From Nitrospirota bacterium (GTDB lineage: Bacteria > Nitrospirota > UBA9217), in assembly GCA_963840455.1 (NCBI GenBank), contig CAWIYV010000010.1, positions 32,001 through 96,000 of the forward strand: DNA of 64,000 nt, given 5' to 3'. How positions within the stretch are numbered: position 1 is the stretch's first letter; every line of letters begins with the position of its first letter. A program made the translations under genes and the position numbers. Shown here piece by piece: positions 58,863 to 64,000 of this stretch. Below the pieces are notes generated by a model. The model was not told the DNA's origin. It did no database searches and worked only from the letters and a program-made list of their open reading frames with translations.

Positions 58863-59822
58863 CTACCAGCTTCCCGACGCTCCGCCGCCGCCTGATGACC
58901 CGCCCCCGCCGGAAAAGCCGCCGCCGCCGCCCGAGCTCCAGCCTCCACCCCCGCCAAAGCCGCCGGACATGAACGTGAATCCGCCGATGGAGGTGCGGCC
59001 CTTGGAACGGAGGTCCGCCCCCGCCTTCCTGTACCAGTCCGAGTTCCTGAGCATGAGCTTGGCAATGGGGAAGCCCGCCAGATAGGTGATGAGCAGAGTG
59101 AGCGCGCCTGACGTACCGACCACCATGATCGGGAACATAGCCCAGAAAGGGATGAGAAAAAAGTAGAGGAACCACCCGGCCCCGGGCGTCACGATGCCGA
59201 TGACGGTGAACAGACCGATGATGCCGAAGATGAACGCGCCGATGAGGATCCGCTCGGTGAGAGACATGTCCGGGGGCTCGATGTGGAGGCCCGAAGAGGT
59301 CTTGCCCACTCCACCTGCGCTGCCTTCGCCGGACGGTGCTTCGCCTTTCTCCAGAAGGTCGAGAATGGCCTGCACGCCGGCATCGATGCCGCCGTTGTAG
59401 TCCCCGGTCTTGAAACGGGGCGTCATGACGTTCCGGACGATCCTGCCGGCCGCGAGGTCGGTGAGCGTGCCTTCGAGACCGTATCCGACCTCGATGCGCA
59501 TGCGCCGGTCCTTCGGCGCCACGATGATCAGGACGCCGTTGTCCTTGCCTTTCTTGCCGAGCTTCCAGGACTCGAAGACCTTGACGGCGTATTCCTCGAT
59601 GTTCTCGCCTTCAAGCGAGGGGACCGTGAGCACGGCAATCTGGTCGCCTGTCCTTTCCTCGTGCGCCTTGAGCCGCTCTGTGATCGACCGTCGTGTACCG
59701 TCGTTCAGGACCTCCGCGTTGTCGGTCACGCGGCCGGAGAGGAAAGGCACCTCCAGCGCCGCGGAACTGATAGCCGACAGGAGCATTGCCGCCAGGAGCG
59801 TGTTCTTGAGAATTATTCTCAT
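58863..59822 (-). CDS. TPM domain protein (YgcG-like) with Gly-rich tail
   Basis: GRVTDNA, WKLGKKGKDNGVL, RIEVGYGLEG, GGGSSGGGGASGSW. Confidence 0.95.
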   Translation of the reverse strand: MRIILKNTLLAAMLLSAISSAALEVPFLSGRVTDNAEVLNDGTRRSITERLKAHEERTGDQIAVLTVPSLEGENIEEYAVKVFESWKLGKKGKDNGVLIIVAPKDRRMRIEVGYGLEGTLTDLAAGRIVRNVMTPRFKTGDYNGGIDAGVQAILDLLEKGEAPSGEGSAGGVGKTSSGLHIEPPDMSLTERILIGAFIFGIIGLFTVIGIVTPGAGWFLYFFLIPFWAMFPIMVVGTSGALTLLITYLAGFPIAKLMLRNSDWYRKAGADLRSKGRTSIGGFTFMSGGFGGGGGWSSGGGGGFSGGGGSSGGGGASGSW

Positions 59823-60469
59823 GAGCCTTTCTCCTCGACGATCGCATTGGGGAGCTCGTCCTCGGCCGCAGCCGCAACCGCCGTGGCTCCCAGGACCTCT
59901 TCCAGGCCGGCCAGCCCCGCTTCAAAGGCTATCGCGACCCGGCCCGACGCGAGAAGCGACGTCATGCGCGTGATGATCCCCTGCGAAGCCTCCCGGCCGA
60001 GGCGTTTGGACAACCCGGTGTCGGGAAGCATGATGACCTGCCGCTCGAACAGGCTGACGAGCAGCAGGATGCCCCTCCGCCCGCGCGTGGCGAAGACCTC
60101 GCGGGAGAGGAACAGGGACTCTGCGTACTGCCGCGTCTCCACCTCTGCGCGATGGGCATCGAGGAAGAGGCGGGCAAAGCCCGGCAGGCTGACGCAGGCC
60201 AGCGCGCAGGCAGCGCCGGCGATGAGCGTGGCCGTCACGGCGAGCAGCACCGCGGTCGATGAGTGCCATCCGGGCCGCAGCAGGTCCAGCGCGGTGACCG
60301 CAAGGCCGGCACCGGCCGCTCCCAGCGCGAATGCCTTCCAGGGTAGTTCGGCATAGACGTCGCTGCGCTCGACGACTGCGAGCACGATCTGGGTGCCTGT
60401 CCGCTTCTCTGCATCGGCGATGCGCCTGTCAAGCTGCTGCCGTTCCTGTTCGGTCAGGGGATGTTTCAT
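59819..60469 (-). CDS. TPM domain membrane protein
   Basis: IADAEKRTG, TRGRRGILLLVSLFER, DELPNA. Confidence 0.9.
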   Translation of the reverse strand: MKHPLTEQERQQLDRRIADAEKRTGTQIVLAVVERSDVYAELPWKAFALGAAGAGLAVTALDLLRPGWHSSTAVLLAVTATLIAGAACALACVSLPGFARLFLDAHRAEVETRQYAESLFLSREVFATRGRRGILLLVSLFERQVIMLPDTGLSKRLGREASQGIITRMTSLLASGRVAIAFEAGLAGLEEVLGATAVAAAAEDELPNAIVEEKGS

Positions 60470-60627
60470 GAGGTGATTGCTCCGATAAAGTCAAAGAACG
60501 CCAATGAACAACCTTTGACACAGATAAAAGCTGATCAATGACCATGAAGCAGCCTGATCAGGCTGGGTGTCTTCATGCGTCTTCATAGCATCATTCAAAA
60601 TCTACAGCGCCGGAAATGAACCCGTCG

Positions 60628-61215
60628 TTACATCTCTACCTTCGGCGCTTTCGCCGCGCCTTCCTCGGCTTTAAAGGATTCCTTCAGCTTCAGGTGGAGC
60701 AGCAGGCTGTTCGTCAGGTTGTTCGGAAAGATCCGGATGGAGGTGTTGAAGGTCTCCACGGCCTTGTTGTACCGCGAGCGCGCCACGTTGATCCGGTTCT
60801 CCGTTCCTTCCAGCTGGCCCTGCAGGTCCATGAAGTTCTGGTTCGCCTTGAGATCGGGATACTTCTCGACCACGACCATGAGCCGTGACAGCGAACTGCT
60901 GAGCGCGCCCTGGGCCTGCTGGAACTGCGCCAGCGCCTGCGGGTCCTCGAGCATGGCACTCGATATCTTCACCTGGCCGACCTTTGCCCGGGCCTCGGTC
61001 ACGGCGGTCAAGGTCTCCCGCTCGTGCTTCGCGTAGGCTTTGACGACCGTCACGAGGTTCGGGATCAGGTCGGCACGGCGCTGGTATGCCGATTCCACGT
61101 CCCCCCACGCCGCCTTGACCGCCTCCTCGTTGGCCTGCATGGCGTTGTACCCGCAGCCGGAAAGTAGCGAGGCGATCGAAACAATGAGCATGGCCAGCAC
61201 GATACGGATCTTCAT
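60628..61215 (-). CDS. lemA: LemA family protein
   Basis: [40 protein letters not shown]. Confidence 0.97.
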   Translation of the reverse strand: MKIRIVLAMLIVSIASLLSGCGYNAMQANEEAVKAAWGDVESAYQRRADLIPNLVTVVKAYAKHERETLTAVTEARAKVGQVKISSAMLEDPQALAQFQQAQGALSSSLSRLMVVVEKYPDLKANQNFMDLQGQLEGTENRINVARSRYNKAVETFNTSIRIFPNNLTNSLLLHLKLKESFKAEEGAAKAPKVEM

Positions 61216-61373
61216 GTGTTCCTCCTTAATATTGGCCTTCCGCTTTCAGGGTTCGACCTGCCGGCGGTTTTGCCTGCCGGCAGGCTGACCAGTAATGGAT
61301 ACTGCGAAGACGTTCCCTTGCCGCAAAACGCACGAAGCTGGCTGTCTTCGCATCAATGCGGTCGTGTCACCGA

Positions 61374-61559
61374 TCACTCGATCTTCTTGAACATCTTCTT
61401 GCCCGCGCCGCAGGACGGGCACTTCCAGTCATCAGGCAGGTCCTCGAACCGCGTGCCTGGAGGGATCTTGCCTTTCCGGTCACCTTTTGCGGGATTATAA
61501 ATGTAACCGCAGTTACCTATCTGGCACTGCCACATGCCGCCGAGATCTTCATCTGACAT
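61374..61559 (-). CDS. Rubredoxin (CxxxxC variant)
   Basis: [28 protein letters not shown]; GGAGG RBS. Confidence 0.93.
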   Translation of the reverse strand: MSDEDLGGMWQCQIGNCGYIYNPAKGDRKGKIPPGTRFEDLPDDWKCPSCGAGKKMFKKIE

Positions 61560-61605
61560 GCAATTCCTCCTGAGGATGCTTCTCCCCGATAGCGCATCCC
61601 CTGCT

Positions 61606-62349
61606 TCACGCTTGTCCCGCTGCCGGACCGGACGGGATGATACCCGCACCGAGCTGCTCATGGATGAAAAACCGGAGCAAGGCGCTGTCCGTGGGCGCAA
61701 TGTCCACGAACTTCATCCCCATGCCCGGTTCGCAAAAAGGCCCCTTCTCGAAGGAGACGATGTACAGCACTTCCGCCCGGAGGTCCACCGTCCGGTCCCC
61801 GAAGGAGATGCTCACCCCGGTGCGCGCCTTCACCGCCCGGGGTTCCAGGGTCCGGAAGAACATCCCGTATTGCGACAGGACCGTGACGTATCCCTCGGTC
61901 CCGCCGTGCTCGTCCCGCAGCTCCGCCGGCAGGGCGGTGGGGATCCGGATGTTCTTGCGCGAGCCACCCTCGGTCGCCTTCTGGATGACCTGGAACACAT
62001 CGTCCGGGTTGACGGGAGTCCGGAGCAGGCCGGCCAGTTCGCCCCGCGAGAGCTGTTTTTCGAGGTCCCGGTCCTGTCCGCTCACCACCAGGATGAGCGG
62101 CATGTCCCGGAACCGGACATCGGCCTTGAGCCGCGCCGCCAGCTCTTTGCCGACCGCCCCTCCCTCGGCAAAAACTGCCGCGGCAGGCGCCACGCACAGG
62201 AACTCGACGCCCTCACGGGCGCTGCTCGTGCTCGCAACGGTGTAGCCGAACCGCTGCAGGAGCATGCTGAGGGTGAACCGGTCGTTCCAGTCCGAGTCCA
62301 CCACCAGGATATACCGCATCTGCCCGCTCACCAGTGCAGGTTCGCTCAT
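61606..62349 (-). CDS. Degenerate receiver + PilZ domain protein
   Basis: ILVVDS, REC fold, RKNIR, PGMGMKF. Confidence 0.88.
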   Translation of the reverse strand: MSEPALVSGQMRYILVVDSDWNDRFTLSMLLQRFGYTVASTSSAREGVEFLCVAPAAAVFAEGGAVGKELAARLKADVRFRDMPLILVVSGQDRDLEKQLSRGELAGLLRTPVNPDDVFQVIQKATEGGSRKNIRIPTALPAELRDEHGGTEGYVTVLSQYGMFFRTLEPRAVKARTGVSISFGDRTVDLRAEVLYIVSFEKGPFCEPGMGMKFVDIAPTDSALLRFFIHEQLGAGIIPSGPAAGQA

Positions 62350-62493
62350 AGTAATTCTCCGCAGACGAAGAAAAGGATGCAGACGAAAGGTCAGGGAATG
62401 TTGCTAACGCAGGGCCTCCAACGGAACAACTGCCGGTCCTCGATGACCTTGACGGCCGCGAACATCGCGCGAAGTACGATTCCGGGCCTCCGC

Positions 62494-63252
62494 CTATTCG
62501 CTTTCCGCCGCGATGCCGCGCGTCACCTCGTCGTGAATGAACTTCCGGAGGATCTCGCGTGTCTCAGGCGCGATCACCGTGAACCTGACTGCCATGCCCG
62601 GGTCCCGGAACGGCCCTTCACCGGCCCGGCGACTATGCATGACCACAGCGTCGGCATTAAGGTTGCGGCCATTGATGTTCAGCTCGATAGACACCCGTTC
62701 GTTCCGGCGGGGCGGCTTGAACATCCGCACGAACACGCCGTTCTCCGAGATGTTCATGATGTATTCGCCTTTGGCGGCGTCCAGGAGGACCTTGTTCACG
62801 GAGGCCGGGAGCGTGGTCGGAATGCGGAGATACGCGCGGGGCGTGGCCTCGACAACCGCTTGGACGGCCCGGTACAGGTCCTCGGTGTGGACCGGCTTCG
62901 TGAGGCAGAGCACGCCCCCGCCGATCTCGACCGGCCGTGTTTCCACATGCGCATCGGGCCCGGGAAGGAGGAGGAGAATGGGCAGCGTGCGGACGTCGCC
63001 CTTTACATTCCTCAGCATATCCAGACCGCTCATATCGGGAAGGACCAGATCGGTGATCACGAGCGCCGGCAGGGCCACCGCGATGATATCGAGCGCCTGT
63101 TTCGCTGTCTGCGCGGTGCAGACCTGATAGGCGAACCGCTGCAGCAGCATGGAGATGCTGAACAGGTCGTCCGTGCTTGAGGTGACGACCAGAATGAAGC
63201 GGCGGGGCTTGCTGGCGATGCTCTTCAGCGTCTCGCCCGTGTTCTTTTCCAT
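62494..63252 (-). CDS. Receiver + PilZ domain protein
   Basis: VITDLVLPDMSG, LTKP, RAYLR, NISENG, PGMAVRF. Confidence 0.9.
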   Translation of the reverse strand: MEKNTGETLKSIASKPRRFILVVTSSTDDLFSISMLLQRFAYQVCTAQTAKQALDIIAVALPALVITDLVLPDMSGLDMLRNVKGDVRTLPILLLLPGPDAHVETRPVEIGGGVLCLTKPVHTEDLYRAVQAVVEATPRAYLRIPTTLPASVNKVLLDAAKGEYIMNISENGVFVRMFKPPRRNERVSIELNINGRNLNADAVVMHSRRAGEGPFRDPGMAVRFTVIAPETREILRKFIHDEVTRGIAAESE

Positions 63253-63279
63253 CAGCGCACCTTCCCGGACCTCGGCTTG

Positions 63280-63741
63280 TTATCGCCGTTTCGCCTTTAC
63301 CGGCACCACCAGCACTTTGCAGGGCGCGTGGCCGATGACCCGCGACACGGTGCTGCCCATCATGAGCCGGGTGAGCCCCGTTCGGCCGTGGCTGCCCATC
63401 ACAATGGTGCTGACCTTGCGCTTCGCCGCCTCGGCGACGATCAGTTTATAGGGCTCATCGCCCCAATGCAGGACGGTCTCGCAGGCGACGCCGGCCTTCG
63501 CCGCCTTCGCCTTGACGCCCGCGAGATATTTCCTGATGCTCCCCTCGAGCTTCTCAGCGGCGTGCGCATCCCAGAGCTCGACCTCGGTGCTCACCTCGAA
63601 CACGTGCATGACGATCAGCGTGCTCGAACAAGCTGCGGCGATATTAACCGCCTCCTGCAGCGCGGCTGCGCTGAACCCGGACCCGTCGGTAGCCACCAGC
63701 AGTTTTTCGAACCCCGGTGTCGGACATACGTTCTTCTTCAT
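63280..63741 (-). CDS. Universal stress protein
   Basis: KLLVATDGS, IVMGSHGRTG, MGSTVSRVIGHAPCKVLVV. Confidence 0.95.
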   Translation of the reverse strand: MKKNVCPTPGFEKLLVATDGSGFSAAALQEAVNIAAACSSTLIVMHVFEVSTEVELWDAHAAEKLEGSIRKYLAGVKAKAAKAGVACETVLHWGDEPYKLIVAEAAKRKVSTIVMGSHGRTGLTRLMMGSTVSRVIGHAPCKVLVVPVKAKRR

Positions 63742-64000
63742 GGAAGACCTCCTGGCCCTGCGGGTCATATGTCGTCGTTATCCGCTCTCCGGAAAGCGGG
63801 GGCGATGGGCAGAACAGGAACGCCCTTCAGCCAGCTCCTTCCGATGCGAAGAGGATACCTCACTTTCCCGGAAGGGTCAAGGGAATGCGCGGGAAACGGA
63901 TCGCGAAAAAAACCGGCAAAGTTACCTCGGCCGGCTTTACGATCCCGCTTAATAATGAGTACAGTTGCTCCTATTTCCCAGGGACCGGACAGGCCTCCCC

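Overview
GC-rich (~60%) bacterial chromosomal window; the gene set (glnB-glnA with a sigma-54 promoter, Re-citrate-synthase-like enzyme, c7-type cytochrome, REC-PilZ pair, SgmX-like TPR protein) suggests Nitrospirota or a Desulfobacterota-like lineage (inference). Left to right: kdpD (partial) and kdpFABC with a heavily frameshifted kdpA; glnB-glnA; a large TPR protein; def-fmt-DUF116-rsmB-PASTA-rpe-Re-citrate synthase; two orphan solute-binding proteins; ABC1 kinase, nitrilase-family, rtcA, Mth938, a solo infA, polX, sorAB. An accessory zone (~31.6-39.4 kb) holds gene relics, an internally deleted ISNCY/IS1202-like element, a tRNA-Glu 3' fragment, an RCC1-repeat lipoprotein, a Type ISP remnant and a transposon end abutting secA. 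Then secA, an ArsR + two YeeE/YedE operon, envelope genes (M23, lptD, folC, murI, GerMN, amidase, mltD), LemA/TPM, rubredoxin, REC-PilZ x2 and a USP. The strongest signal is that the second YeeE/YedE gene has an in-frame UGA exactly at the conserved G-x-C-P-G cysteine, followed by a SECIS-like hairpin, i.e. a probable selenocysteine-containing sulfur transporter. Other notable signals: a ~230-bp diverged sequence repeated downstream of both sulfur operons, heptamer inverted-repeat tracts in successive intergenic gaps, and a dispersed hairpin repeat family. No CRISPR array or rRNA was seen.
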